From: a virus
Length of the DNA stretch: 64,000 nucleotides
Virus genome (UHGV): UHGV-0371537
Reading direction: 5' to 3' (one strand)
Shown here: in pieces, positions 27,181-36,591 of the stretch
Numbering within the stretch: the stretch's first letter is position 1
Layout of the letters: every line of letters starts with the position of its first letter
Notes under the pieces: model-generated
What the model was told of the DNA's origin: nothing
Database searches by the model: none
Seen by the model: only the letters and a program-made list of their open reading frames with translations
Made by a program: the position numbers and the translations under genes

Positions 27181-27570
27181 ATGAACTATCCTCTTGACGC
27201 GAAATTTATTCTTCCAAGGAAGGAACTAGACACCTTCCGGGTTCTGCATCAACTTTTGGCCGCCGGGGAAACAATCCCGCTATACGAAGGTGGAAAGAAG
27301 GTAGGAAAAGGAATTTCGTGTGCGATCGATGACAGTGAATACTGGGCATTTGATTTCAATCGCACCGAGAATTTCAAGCCAAGGGATTCATCAATGATGA
27401 TGAGGTTCATGATTGACAAACCAATTGACCTACAGAAGTATGATCTGTTCTTGGACGCGATCCCATACGAATTCAGGGAGGAGGGTCTGAAGTACAGATT
27501 TGCGTTGTTGGTGTGCTTCAAAATGACTATCGTCCTGAAGCCTATGTTCACACCGCCCAACGCAAGTTAA
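27181..27570 (+). CDS. hypothetical protein
   Basis: ORF track. Confidence 0.45.
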   Translation: MNYPLDAKFILPRKELDTFRVLHQLLAAGETIPLYEGGKKVGKGISCAIDDSEYWAFDFNRTENFKPRDSSMMMRFMIDKPIDLQKYDLFLDAIPYEFREEGLKYRFALLVCFKMTIVLKPMFTPPNAS

Positions 27571-27951
27571 TCAGTTCGTCCTTTTCAACCACACGGTGTC
27601 TGTTATTGGATCTGGGTTGTTGACCACATAGAAAGTGATGGTCACGCCCAGAGAGTGGTAATCTTCCGACAGACTGACCGTGACTTCCTCCACCTCGGCT
27701 CGTGGTTCATACAGAGCAATAGCATCTTCAACTTTGTTCTTCACATCTACCTGAATCGTCGGGTTCGTGTTCTCCCCGAGTAGATTGTAAAGCCCCGCTC
27801 CGATCCCAGGGTATGTCGGCCAATCTCCAACCGACGACATGACGATATTCCTCACAGATTGTAGGACAGCGTAAATCCCAGATTTCATGGTGACATCTTT
27901 GGTCACAGGGTGCATGCCGAACTTCAGATCGACATCTTTGTATTCTTTCAT
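27571..27951 (-). CDS. 25: baseplate wedge protein gp25-like
   Basis: 126 aa; size and YEPR-containing central segment as in T4 gp25; adjacent to gp5-like gene; gagaggag RBS. Confidence 0.65.
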   Translation of the reverse strand: MKEYKDVDLKFGMHPVTKDVTMKSGIYAVLQSVRNIVMSSVGDWPTYPGIGAGLYNLLGENTNPTIQVDVKNKVEDAIALYEPRAEVEEVTVSLSEDYHSLGVTITFYVVNNPDPITDTVWLKRTN

Positions 27952-28025
27952 TACAACACTCCTCTCAGGGTGCCTAGAAGGAGCAGAGAGGAGCGTTGCC
28001 CCTCTGCCACTAAACTTATACCAAC

Positions 28026-29636
28026 TTACTCTTCGGTGCCGAAATTACCACCATTGTCTTTTAATTCTGCCTTGATATCAATCTCACCTGGACCCGTAGG
28101 GGATGCAGGGGTTGCACCTGACAGAGAAGAGGCGCGACCAGCACCTTCCGCATATTTGATGTTGCCATTAATCGTCTGGGCCACAGTCAGTTTGTCGGCG
28201 ATGATCTCTGTTGCCAGAATCTTAGGAACCTTCAACGTCCCGCCGACCTCCAGAGTCTCACAGATAATACGCAAAATATTCTGCGCCTGCAACTCAGCCA
28301 GGTTGCTGAATTTCATCAACGCTGTGCCAGCAACAACATTAGAATAGTTGTTGGAATGCAAATGATAGACTTCACCAGTCTTGCGCTGCACTTCCGTTCC
28401 TTTGATCGTCAGGTTGTGATCGCCGCCAACATAATAACGTTTGTTGAACATCGTCAGATCATAATGATCTTTCACAGACTTGTTCACAACGTCACCGTCT
28501 GGCAGCATTTGTTTGTACGACCCGGACATGTGCATCCAGTGAAGACGTTCGCCCCCCGGTGTGTCATCCACTTCCATGATGTGGCCAGCCCGAGAAGCCA
28601 TGACGTTGTTGTACGGATACTTGGACCCACCCGCAGCCGGAACCATAGTTTCGCCAGTGTTGTCAATGTCCTGAACACGGCCTGTTGGTGCTGGCGTTGC
28701 CTGCTCTTTCGGAGTCCGATCTGGAATTGGTTCTGACCATTTACCGTTCTGTTGGGCGGGGGCAGCCGCAGCTGTGTTTGCAGGTCCAGGCCAGCGATAG
28801 CCCAAGACCGAAGAACGGCTGAAACGACTGACCTTCACTGAATCGGATTGGTTGCCCCCGATACACCAGACATAGTTGGCATCGAACTTCTGCACGAACG
28901 CCACATGGCCGAATGTCGGGTTGTTACCGCGCCGGAAGACCACGATAGCGCCATACTGAGGTGCCGACAATGGACTACCCCACGTCAGGTAAGATCGGGC
29001 AAGAGCGGAGCGTGTGGAAGTGTATCCGGCCTTTAACATAACCCAACCAACAAACGCAGCGCACCAGGATACTTCATCTTCAGATGCACCAAGCGAGGTT
29101 GTCTTGTGATACTCAACGATGCGGGGGTTGTTGTTGAACTTGCCAGCATATTCTTTGACGCCAAGTTCACCACGGGCGATAGTCATCCATTTTTCAGGAT
29201 CATACCCACCCACAGGAGGCTGAGGGTCTGGCTGAGGTTCGTCTTCTTGCTTTACAGGTACATCAGTGACAGCATTGTACGCCTGACGTTCAACAGACAT
29301 GACGACCTGCCCCAGAGCCAGGGGGTTTGTGTCCGCCCCATCAGTCGGGGTCGCACCCGGCCAGGTCCATGCGATTCTGAGATTCTGGTATGCGTCATCC
29401 AGCGCGAACCCCATGACTTCCGTGCCGACAATGATACCCGTAGGGGACCAACCTAAACCTGCCGAGGAGGCATTCGACGCAGGCATCATCACTTTTGCCC
29501 ATGGGAGTTTATCCGTAGGCAAGAGGACGGGATCATCTGTATGTATGCCGTGTATGCGAACGGCCACGCGCCCGTTTTCATCAGGATCATTGACGTCTTC
29601 AACGGTGCCATAAAACCATCTCATTTTGTCTAACAT
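28026..29636 (-). CDS. 5: baseplate central spike/hub protein gp5-like carrying a CHAP peptidase domain
   Basis: N-terminal OB-like RWFYGTVEDVNDPDENGRVAVRIHG; central Cys/His pair SWCAAFVGW...GHVAFV (CHAP-like); C-terminal repetitive region. Confidence 0.65.
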   Translation of the reverse strand: MLDKMRWFYGTVEDVNDPDENGRVAVRIHGIHTDDPVLLPTDKLPWAKVMMPASNASSAGLGWSPTGIIVGTEVMGFALDDAYQNLRIAWTWPGATPTDGADTNPLALGQVVMSVERQAYNAVTDVPVKQEDEPQPDPQPPVGGYDPEKWMTIARGELGVKEYAGKFNNNPRIVEYHKTTSLGASEDEVSWCAAFVGWVMLKAGYTSTRSALARSYLTWGSPLSAPQYGAIVVFRRGNNPTFGHVAFVQKFDANYVWCIGGNQSDSVKVSRFSRSSVLGYRWPGPANTAAAAPAQQNGKWSEPIPDRTPKEQATPAPTGRVQDIDNTGETMVPAAGGSKYPYNNVMASRAGHIMEVDDTPGGERLHWMHMSGSYKQMLPDGDVVNKSVKDHYDLTMFNKRYYVGGDHNLTIKGTEVQRKTGEVYHLHSNNYSNVVAGTALMKFSNLAELQAQNILRIICETLEVGGTLKVPKILATEIIADKLTVAQTINGNIKYAEGAGRASSLSGATPASPTGPGEIDIKAELKDNGGNFGTEE

Positions 29637-29670
29637 ATTGAGTTCCGGTTGTCAAACAAGGATTTGAAGG

Positions 29671-29678
29671 TATTTATG
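29671..29678 (-). promoter_or_regulatory. late-promoter-like box CATAAATA upstream of gp5-like gene
   Basis: One mismatch to TATAAATA; 35 nt upstream of ATG 29636. Confidence 0.3.
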
Positions 29679-29972
29679 CGCAGCGGATTTTGCCTTATAT
29701 ACTATAGGAAGCTCTGCTTCCGTTCAGTTATTGTCTTATTCGATCTTATTCGCTTCGCTCATCACACCGCCTTATGCAGGCAGCACCATTCCAATGCCAT
29801 GGAGGCATAAGGGCGAGGCAATAACTGTACACCTCAGAACATCCCTTGAAAAATGGTTTTTAATTGACAATCTGATTCAAAATAGACGATCCCCAACAAT
29901 GACTCAGGAACAAGCCCATTATAACAATTTCAGGTAAAGAGAGCGCGTGTTAACCTGTTTTGCAGTTAAGCC

Positions 29973-29997
29973 AATAAAAATCCCGCCGAAGCGGGAT
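29973..29997 (-). terminator. rho-independent terminator on minus strand
   Basis: atcccgc-cgaa-gcgggat; on minus strand the hairpin is followed by TTTTTATT. Confidence 0.6.
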
Positions 29998-30145
29998 TAT
30001 GGTTTCTTAGACAACCTGACCTTGAGGGCTTCAGTTAACAAGTCAAGGTGCCATGGCATCGATTCATTGATTTCAAATATGTTATAGCCGTGTAACTTCA
30101 ATTCATCACACATCACGAAATAGGATAATAAATCAGTTTCAAACA

Positions 30146-30952
30146 TTAAATGAAAATTTCATTAATGCTATTGAACTCAATAGGATGCTCTTTACCACAT
30201 TTAGGGCATTTGATTTTGTTCTTGTAGTGGATGCGAGGAATTTTATGGAAGAAGTTCTTCGTAATATCCTCGATAACATCCGATTCAAGATTGTCTTTTA
30301 CCCATTCAATGAAAGCGTCTTTGACACGACGACGCTCAATAGATTCTTCGGGCGTGATGCCCGGTTCATCCGGGTTCTCTACACGCCATACTTGTCCATC
30401 GTCATCATACAGACAATCAATGAAAGTCGCCAGCATTTCTTCAATGCTAGATGATTCAGACAGAGCCGTGGCATCGGCAAAGGAGGGCTGGCGCATCTTC
30501 AGATGATAACCACCCGGCAGGTCAAAGATTTCTTTAAACCCTTCCTTCGCTACACACTTGACATTCAGTAGAGGGATAGGCAGCACCAGTTCCTGCTTAC
30601 AAGGAACCATGGTTTTCTTCTCGATTCCTTCCCCGACGTCTGTCGTTTCTTCGATTTGGTTGTTGCATTCATAGCGGATTTTCATCAATTCGCCAATAGC
30701 GATGCTACGCATGCGGATGAACACTTCTTCAACAACACCGATCGGCAGTTTGTTAAACGGTGCCCCGGCTTCAACACAATCTGCAAACAGGCTTTCCATA
30801 ATCGCAGCACGCTCTTCAACCGGAGTCTGAGGATCCGCGACCTGTAGCATGAGAGTTTGTTGCCCGGCAGTGAAAGCGCGATATCTGATGACACTCGGCC
30901 AAAAATCGCTTTTGAATGTCTTTTCTGTTCTGGGCAATGAAGGTAATTTCAT
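30146..30952 (-). CDS. late protein with C-terminal zinc ribbon (baseplate-associated?)
   Basis: ATG 30952 with GGAG RBS; TATAAATA late-promoter box at 30981-30988 (minus); C-terminal CPKCGKEH. Confidence 0.5.
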   Translation of the reverse strand: MKLPSLPRTEKTFKSDFWPSVIRYRAFTAGQQTLMLQVADPQTPVEERAAIMESLFADCVEAGAPFNKLPIGVVEEVFIRMRSIAIGELMKIRYECNNQIEETTDVGEGIEKKTMVPCKQELVLPIPLLNVKCVAKEGFKEIFDLPGGYHLKMRQPSFADATALSESSSIEEMLATFIDCLYDDDGQVWRVENPDEPGITPEESIERRRVKDAFIEWVKDNLESDVIEDITKNFFHKIPRIHYKNKIKCPKCGKEHPIEFNSINEIFI

Positions 30953-30980
30953 AATGTATCTCCATGGTATATTGTAAGGA

Positions 30981-30988
30981 TATTTATA
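30981..30988 (-). promoter_or_regulatory. T4-type late promoter box TATAAATA
   Basis: Plus-strand tatttata 30981-30988; 29 nt upstream of minus-strand ATG 30952. Confidence 0.5.
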
Positions 30989-31001
30989 ACGAGGAATGAA
31001 A

Positions 31002-31526
31002 ATGCGCGGATTCTGTTTTAGCGAAATTGGCAAAGAACTGTCGATACAATATCCAGACCCCAATACAGACTTCTTTATTTTCTTGTCTGACTATGCCCAG
31101 AAAGAGAATATTAGTCACATTGCGATGAAGTACGAAGATTATAAATTTTGTCGATTGGGTGTTAAGGATCTCTTGCGCTTCGGACTGTGTGTCATTATCG
31201 TAGATCAAACCTATAGCCCCATTGATGATGAAGAAGTCCTTCCTGTTTTCGTACATCGCAATATCAACACTCTGGATACACATTTTCCTGGGTGTGTGGT
31301 CGTTGGTGAGCTGGTTCCTTATTTCCACCGTTTGCGGAAGTTGGAACAAATTAAAAGTTATTTTCAAGATGGCGTGGGTCAATATAAGATGAACGTCCTC
31401 GGTAGTGGATGGAAAGTGTTGTCAACAGCTGGTGGCACCGACTATATCAAAATGCGGGTCTATGGTTATGACGTGGACCGCGATTATGAACTGGAGAAAA
31501 GTAATGCAAAAAGAAAACGCCGTTGA
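31002..31526 (+). CDS. hypothetical protein
   Basis: Second ATG chosen for RBS spacing (gagga); divergent from 30146-30952. Confidence 0.45.
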   Translation: MRGFCFSEIGKELSIQYPDPNTDFFIFLSDYAQKENISHIAMKYEDYKFCRLGVKDLLRFGLCVIIVDQTYSPIDDEEVLPVFVHRNINTLDTHFPGCVVVGELVPYFHRLRKLEQIKSYFQDGVGQYKMNVLGSGWKVLSTAGGTDYIKMRVYGYDVDRDYELEKSNAKRKRR

Positions 31527-31995
31527 ACGTACTCCTATTGAGGAAGTACAACAATATGTGTTGGATCTGTTGAAACACACCGTATCCGACGCCGACGGTA
31601 AAGTACCGGATGAGTTTGTCGGTGCATTCGAAGAAGTCGCTCACGATACCGAAGGTGTTCCTCTGATCCAGACGATTGGTGGCCTGTTAATGTTTGATGA
31701 AAAAGCACTGGCTGATGGCGCTGTGCTGTACTCTGCAAACATTGGGGTTGATGGTGAGTCATTGTCTATCGAAGTGTGTAACCTCGCCAAGTACCTGCTG
31801 CAATGCGGCTATGATCTGCGTGTCGTTACAGCTCATTACATCGATCCTCAGGGGCAGATCTCATATGGCGATGAAGGTCGCAAAGTAAAACGTCATATCG
31901 AAACGTCGTTCATTTTGCAGAACATTCAGCAAATGCAGAAGAATTTGGACCACCCGGCGTTGATCCTGCCTGAAGGCAAAATCATCACCCGTTAA
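31504..31995 (+). CDS. hypothetical protein
   Basis: Internal ATG 31504 preceded by ggag. Confidence 0.45.
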   Translation: MQKENAVERTPIEEVQQYVLDLLKHTVSDADGKVPDEFVGAFEEVAHDTEGVPLIQTIGGLLMFDEKALADGAVLYSANIGVDGESLSIEVCNLAKYLLQCGYDLRVVTAHYIDPQGQISYGDEGRKVKRHIETSFILQNIQQMQKNLDHPALILPEGKIITR

Positions 31996-32046
31996 TCCGG
32001 CGTAAATAGCCCATACACCAATGAAACTTCGTTATGGGCTATTTAC

Positions 32047-32637
32047 ATGAAATATTGCGGAATCGACTACTCATATGGTTGTCCATCCCTGTGCTTCTGG
32101 GATGACAAAGACCCTCTTGATTTTGACCACCTGCGCTTCTACGCATATTACACTGTGGAGAAGTACTGCTCTCAAATCCGTCAGAACATCCTTATCATGA
32201 AACAGCCGAAGTGGGAGACTCCAGAAGAGCGCTTCTACAACATCTGTAAATGGGCTGAGGCTGTCCTGTTGACCGAGAAACCGGATGTGATCACTCTTGA
32301 GGGGTATGCTATGGGCAACTCCAAGAACTCCAACAACATCTGCCAGACAGCAGAGAACACTTCTCTATTGAAGCAAGTTCTGCGTCGCCATAACCTGGAG
32401 TTTCAGATTGTGACACCTTCTCATGTTAAGAAGATGTTTACAGACAAAGGCAACGCCGATAAGATCGCCATGATCGCCCACTTCGAAACCCTGTTCAATG
32501 TTAATATGCGCGGTATAATGGATATGTTGGAAGTTAAGGATCCCAAGCCTATCGATGACCTCGTGGATTCGTTTGCAATCATGTCTTGCGGTTCTTACTT
32601 CATTGAGAATAATCCAGACTTCAACAGAGGTGTATGA
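32047..32637 (+). CDS. RuvC-like (RNase H-fold) nuclease, candidate Holliday junction resolvase
   Basis: N-terminal MKYCGIDYSYG (GID catalytic Asp), ITLEGY, DDLVDSFAIM resemble RuvC/YqgF catalytic arrangement. Confidence 0.45.
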   Translation: MKYCGIDYSYGCPSLCFWDDKDPLDFDHLRFYAYYTVEKYCSQIRQNILIMKQPKWETPEERFYNICKWAEAVLLTEKPDVITLEGYAMGNSKNSNNICQTAENTSLLKQVLRRHNLEFQIVTPSHVKKMFTDKGNADKIAMIAHFETLFNVNMRGIMDMLEVKDPKPIDDLVDSFAIMSCGSYFIENNPDFNRGV

Positions 32638-32948
32638 TGGTCGATTACTGGTTGTTGGCGAATTTCTTCACATTCGCTTTGTTGTTGGTGTTTGTACTGA
32701 TATGGGTGAAGTCATTGTTGACTCTCGTCCATGCGTACATGTATCAGATCAACTTCTATACGTTGTCTCCCCACCGGGACACAAACGTCCGTGCGGATCA
32801 ACAGGCCGAAGCCATCATTTCATACCAGTTCATTCACATTCGCGATAAAATGATCAAGCGAGTTGTGTTTTCTACAGCAGTGTTACTGGCTATCATTATG
32901 GTTCGTTTTGTGCTGACAACTGTGGGGGTGTTCCATGCCGCTGTATGA
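32634..32948 (+). CDS. small membrane protein
   Basis: Hydrophobic segments LLANFFTFALLLVFVLIW and VVFSTAVLLAIIMV. Confidence 0.4.
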   Translation: MMVDYWLLANFFTFALLLVFVLIWVKSLLTLVHAYMYQINFYTLSPHRDTNVRADQQAEAIISYQFIHIRDKMIKRVVFSTAVLLAIIMVRFVLTTVGVFHAAV

Positions 32949-33180
32949 TTATCAGTGCGGGGAATGCGGGAATGCGATGACGCTGCGGAAATCAATTGCA
33001 GACCGCCATGAACCAGAATCTAACCCTTGCGCTGAGTGCGGAGGGGAGATTAAAATGGTGGTGGGCGCTCCTAAGATCGTGTCTGGGGTTAAGGGACCAC
33101 AATCTGCACCGGATGGTTTCAAGGACGTTCTGCGCACGATTAAGAAAGGCTCTGGTAAGGGGAACACAATCGATGTCTGA
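32935..33180 (+). CDS. FmdB-family zinc-ribbon protein
   Basis: MPLYDYQCGECG...CAECGG: two CxxC pairs with the MP(L/I)YEY start typical of the family. Confidence 0.5.
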   Translation: MPLYDYQCGECGNAMTLRKSIADRHEPESNPCAECGGEIKMVVGAPKIVSGVKGPQSAPDGFKDVLRTIKKGSGKGNTIDV

Positions 33181-33418
33181 TGATAAATCACCCACACAGG
33201 TGCTGACTGCAGACTCCTTCTCAGAAGCCGTTCTGCTCCGCGCCGCCCGTACCAGAGAAACTATCCTTGAGACACTCGTGGCTGTCTGTGAAGAAAACGA
33301 CATAGATGAAACGAAGGTCAGAAAAATGATCACAGCACCTCTACTGTCCCGACTAACAGCAGAGTGCTCCGATGCGCGTCTTATCAAAGACGTTCTGAAG
33401 TCGAAGAAATTAGTGTAG
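33173..33418 (+). CDS. hypothetical protein
   Basis: Internal ATG 33173 of ORF 32996-33418. Confidence 0.4.
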   Translation: MSDDKSPTQVLTADSFSEAVLLRAARTRETILETLVAVCEENDIDETKVRKMITAPLLSRLTAECSDARLIKDVLKSKKLV

Positions 33419-33425
33419 GTCTATT

Positions 33426-33665
33426 ATGAGCAAAGAATCAATTTACAGTGCAATGAAAGCCCAAGAGTTTCTGCCAGGCTCAATGCGCTGGCGTGTGGGT
33501 AGTCTGAACGAACATGCCGATCAGACGGATCGTATTCGTTATGTCACCCCTGATGGTCGCTCATATGTTGTTGAGTACCACACCCACGTAGAGAGCAAGA
33601 AGACGTTCTCCGACGTGTACGATATTATTGAAATTGACCCAGCATTACAAATGCTTAAAGGTTAA
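33426..33665 (+). CDS. hypothetical protein
   Basis: ORF track. Confidence 0.4.
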   Translation: MSKESIYSAMKAQEFLPGSMRWRVGSLNEHADQTDRIRYVTPDGRSYVVEYHTHVESKKTFSDVYDIIEIDPALQMLKG

Positions 33666-33762
33666 TTCAGTGCAGTAACGGGGTATAATTACCCCGCTTT
33701 AAAGTAAATCGATAATACATGCAACAGAATAGCCCTGAGGGGCGGAAACAGAGGAATTAGAA

Positions 33763-34800
33763 ATGGGTAATTTATTTGATCGTCTGAAGCAGTCCCGTGG
33801 TCAACAGGCCGACGCAATGCAGGCGCGTCTGGCACAGCAAGGCCAGAAGTCCGGCTTCCAGAAGGATCCTCGCATCTGGAAATGGACTTGGAATAAGGAA
33901 GGTATTTCTCAGAACACCATCCGCTTCCTGCCAGTTCCGCTGGTAGACGTCAAGGCACAAGAAGAAGGAACGATCGATAAAGATCAGATCCTGACTCCTT
34001 GCGCCATGATCATGAAGCATCAGTTCCAGGGACCTGGTGGTTGGTACATCGAAAACTCACCTCAGACGTTCGGCAACGACGACCCGGTGCGTGACCATGA
34101 CCGTCCGCTGTGGGCGCAACAGAAAGAAACGAACGACGAAAAGCTGAAGGACGTGCTGAAGAAACGTCTGCCAGACACCAAATACTACGCCAACATCCTG
34201 GTGATCGAAGATGTCAACGTACCGGAAAACAACGGCAAGGTCTTCCTGCTGGAGTTTGGTAACGCCATCAAGAAAATCTTGGACCAGGCGCAGAATCCTA
34301 AGTTCCCGACCGACCCTAAATTCGACCCGTTCGATCTGTGGGAAGGTGCCAACCTGAACCTCAAGCTCTTCGGTGAGCAGAAGAAGTTCGGCAACTGGGA
34401 AGGTCTGGTGGCTAACTTCTCCAACGTCAGCTGGGCGGCTCCGGCTCCGCTGAGCGAAGACGAAGCCTACATGGAAGACGTGTGGTCTCGTGAACATAGC
34501 CTGTTTGAATTCTTCAACCCGGCGAATTTCAAGAGCTACGATGACCTGGAGAAACGCCTGCGCAAAGTGCTGGCGATTCCTGATGGTCAGCCTCTGGTTG
34601 AAGGTGGTGCGGCTACTATGGCGCATGCCCCTACGAACCAGGCTCCAGCACAACAGCCTGTTAAACAACAGCCAACTGCTCAAGACAGCCTGAACCAACA
34701 GCAATCACAACCTTCGCAGTCTGCTGTTAATCATCAGACGCCGGATCCTAAAGCAACAGGGTCTATCGAAGACTTTGAGCAGTTCCTCAAAGATAACTGA
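33763..34800 (+). CDS. 32: single-stranded DNA-binding protein gp32
   Basis: IRFLP, YYANILVIEDVNVPENNGKVF, LWEGANLNLK match T4 gp32 (VIRFLP, YWANILVV...PENEGKVF, PWEGANF); acidic/Gln-rich C-terminus. Confidence 0.9.
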   Translation: MGNLFDRLKQSRGQQADAMQARLAQQGQKSGFQKDPRIWKWTWNKEGISQNTIRFLPVPLVDVKAQEEGTIDKDQILTPCAMIMKHQFQGPGGWYIENSPQTFGNDDPVRDHDRPLWAQQKETNDEKLKDVLKKRLPDTKYYANILVIEDVNVPENNGKVFLLEFGNAIKKILDQAQNPKFPTDPKFDPFDLWEGANLNLKLFGEQKKFGNWEGLVANFSNVSWAAPAPLSEDEAYMEDVWSREHSLFEFFNPANFKSYDDLEKRLRKVLAIPDGQPLVEGGAATMAHAPTNQAPAQQPVKQQPTAQDSLNQQQSQPSQSAVNHQTPDPKATGSIEDFEQFLKDN

Positions 34801-34804
34801 TTCA

Positions 34805-34828
34805 AAAGCCCTCTTCGGAGGGCTTTTT
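34805..34828. terminator. bidirectional terminator between gene 32 and convergent minus-strand gene
   Basis: aaagccctc-ttcg-gagggcttt: 9-bp stem with A-run and T-run. Confidence 0.7.
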
Positions 34829-35771
34829 ATTTCCCCATCACGTCGCGCAAAATGCCGAGCAGATTTGTCTTTTCGGCTGCTGTCAAATTGTCATTTCCCA
34901 TGATGTCTCGTGAGATACCAACTGAGATGCGCTCGAAGTCCTGGAGACTGATTCCAGCAAGGTTGTTCACCAATTGGTCCAGTTGTTTGTAAGCCAGGAG
35001 AGCCTCTCCTGTGAAGTTCCCTTCCTTCACCTTGCGATAAAGCTGTCCGGCTTTGGAGGCCGCAGTTTCCCAGTCACCACTGGCAAGAGCATCAGCAATC
35101 CCAAGAGGAAGAAAATCGCTGGCAAGGCTGCGTGTTTCATATTCTGTCTCCGATAAGACTTTGTTGTAAGAGAATGTGATGTTGTATTGGTTGAACTGGT
35201 CTGTGGCTCCCTTGTCCAGTTCGATTGTACTGAAGTTGATCGGATGCGCTTCAACGATGTAGACGCGATGGACAACCTGATCTTCCGTATCCATCTGCTC
35301 GATACAGATATCGGTTACGAAATCTTCGTAATAACCCATCTTGGTCGTGTACGGATCAAAGATCAGATTCTTCCACTTGTCCATCACAGACTTTTCATAA
35401 TAATCGTTTGCCAAGAGGAATGTCAGATCCAAGTCCACGTTGGACTTGTTGTTCGGCATCTTGATGTGGTTGCCGTTGTTGGTCATTGGAGTCGTGTCGA
35501 TACCAACCCCTGGCATTCCAGCAACCATACACATCATTTGCAAGGAACGGGACGTTTGGTTTGTCCCTCCAAAGAAAGCGTTTACAATACGGGCTGTCTG
35601 TTTGAACAAATCACCAAACGAAGATCCGGTTGCATATGCCTTCCCGTCGTTGGCGAGAGTGGCATTGCTGTCGAATATGCCTGGTGGCAGGGGGATGGTG
35701 ACCCGGAATCGGTTCTTCCGTGATATCCCGCGCTGTAATAATTCGGTGATGAAATTGCGATAGTCTTCCAC
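34827..35771 (-). CDS. putative virion structural protein (tail/baseplate-associated, unassigned)
   Basis: GTG start with GGAG RBS; shares bidirectional terminator with gene 32; weak resemblance to tail-tube-family N-termini. Confidence 0.4.
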   Translation of the reverse strand: MEDYRNFITELLQRGISRKNRFRVTIPLPPGIFDSNATLANDGKAYATGSSFGDLFKQTARIVNAFFGGTNQTSRSLQMMCMVAGMPGVGIDTTPMTNNGNHIKMPNNKSNVDLDLTFLLANDYYEKSVMDKWKNLIFDPYTTKMGYYEDFVTDICIEQMDTEDQVVHRVYIVEAHPINFSTIELDKGATDQFNQYNITFSYNKVLSETEYETRSLASDFLPLGIADALASGDWETAASKAGQLYRKVKEGNFTGEALLAYKQLDQLVNNLAGISLQDFERISVGISRDIMGNDNLTAAEKTNLLGILRDVMGK

Positions 35772-35825
35772 GATGAGGACTCCACTTAAATATGATATCT
35801 GTTGTTACTTATAAGGAGTTGACAA

Positions 35826-36527
35826 ATGGCAAAGAACACAGCTGGTGAAGAAGATCCGTTGCTGTTCCCGGCCGAGATGGACGCCCCCGAGCTGGTCAAG
35901 CGTTACATCCGCAAGTACCGTCAACACTTCGGTCCAGAGGCGAAGCGTAACATTCGTCGTTCCCATACGTGGTTCATGGAGCGTGTGTCCAAAGACGCCA
36001 ACTTGTCTCCGAACCATATGAAGCAGGCGTTTGCCGACCATAAACGCCCGGTACAGGGTGTGAGATATGTGGTGGGGCGTATGTTCTATTTCAAATATGA
36101 CGCCCTGACCAAGAATGAACTTCCGTACTGGGATATGTACCCTCTTGTGTTCTTCTTCAACTTTGCCAAGGGTGATGGTATTACATTCGGGGAGAAGGGT
36201 GTAACTTATCTGTGGGGATTGAACATGCATTACTTGCCACCGAAGCTCAGGCTGCTGGTGTTCGAAGATCTGATTAAGTTACGTAACGAAAGAGCGTATC
36301 GTTCAAAGACGCGCCTGAAACTCACTTGGGCTGCTCTGAAGCGTTTCGCCAACCACCCATTGTACAATCACTGCGTGAAGTTGTACCGTGCTGACCAGTT
36401 CCGTTCACAGTTGTATGAGATCGAACCACAGTACTGGGAAATCGTTCTCTTCATGCGCACTGCCCGCTTCCAGAAACAGAGTCAGATGTCTGTCTGGAAA
36501 GATGCCCGCCGAGTACACAAGAAATAG
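35826..36527 (+). CDS. hypothetical protein
   Basis: aaggag RBS; basic protein. Confidence 0.5.
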   Translation: MAKNTAGEEDPLLFPAEMDAPELVKRYIRKYRQHFGPEAKRNIRRSHTWFMERVSKDANLSPNHMKQAFADHKRPVQGVRYVVGRMFYFKYDALTKNELPYWDMYPLVFFFNFAKGDGITFGEKGVTYLWGLNMHYLPPKLRLLVFEDLIKLRNERAYRSKTRLKLTWAALKRFANHPLYNHCVKLYRADQFRSQLYEIEPQYWEIVLFMRTARFQKQSQMSVWKDARRVHKK

Positions 36528-36591
36528 TTCTATAACCCGTTCCGGGTGATAATTCGCGAACGGGTAATTCCTTCAACAATGAGGCTATATC

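Noticed and set aside
29731-29937. 68-codon TTG-initiated ORF in the long intergenic gap
   Set aside because: Non-ATG start, no RBS, includes the tandem-repeat region and has a low-complexity translation; kept only as part of the intergenic-gap observation.
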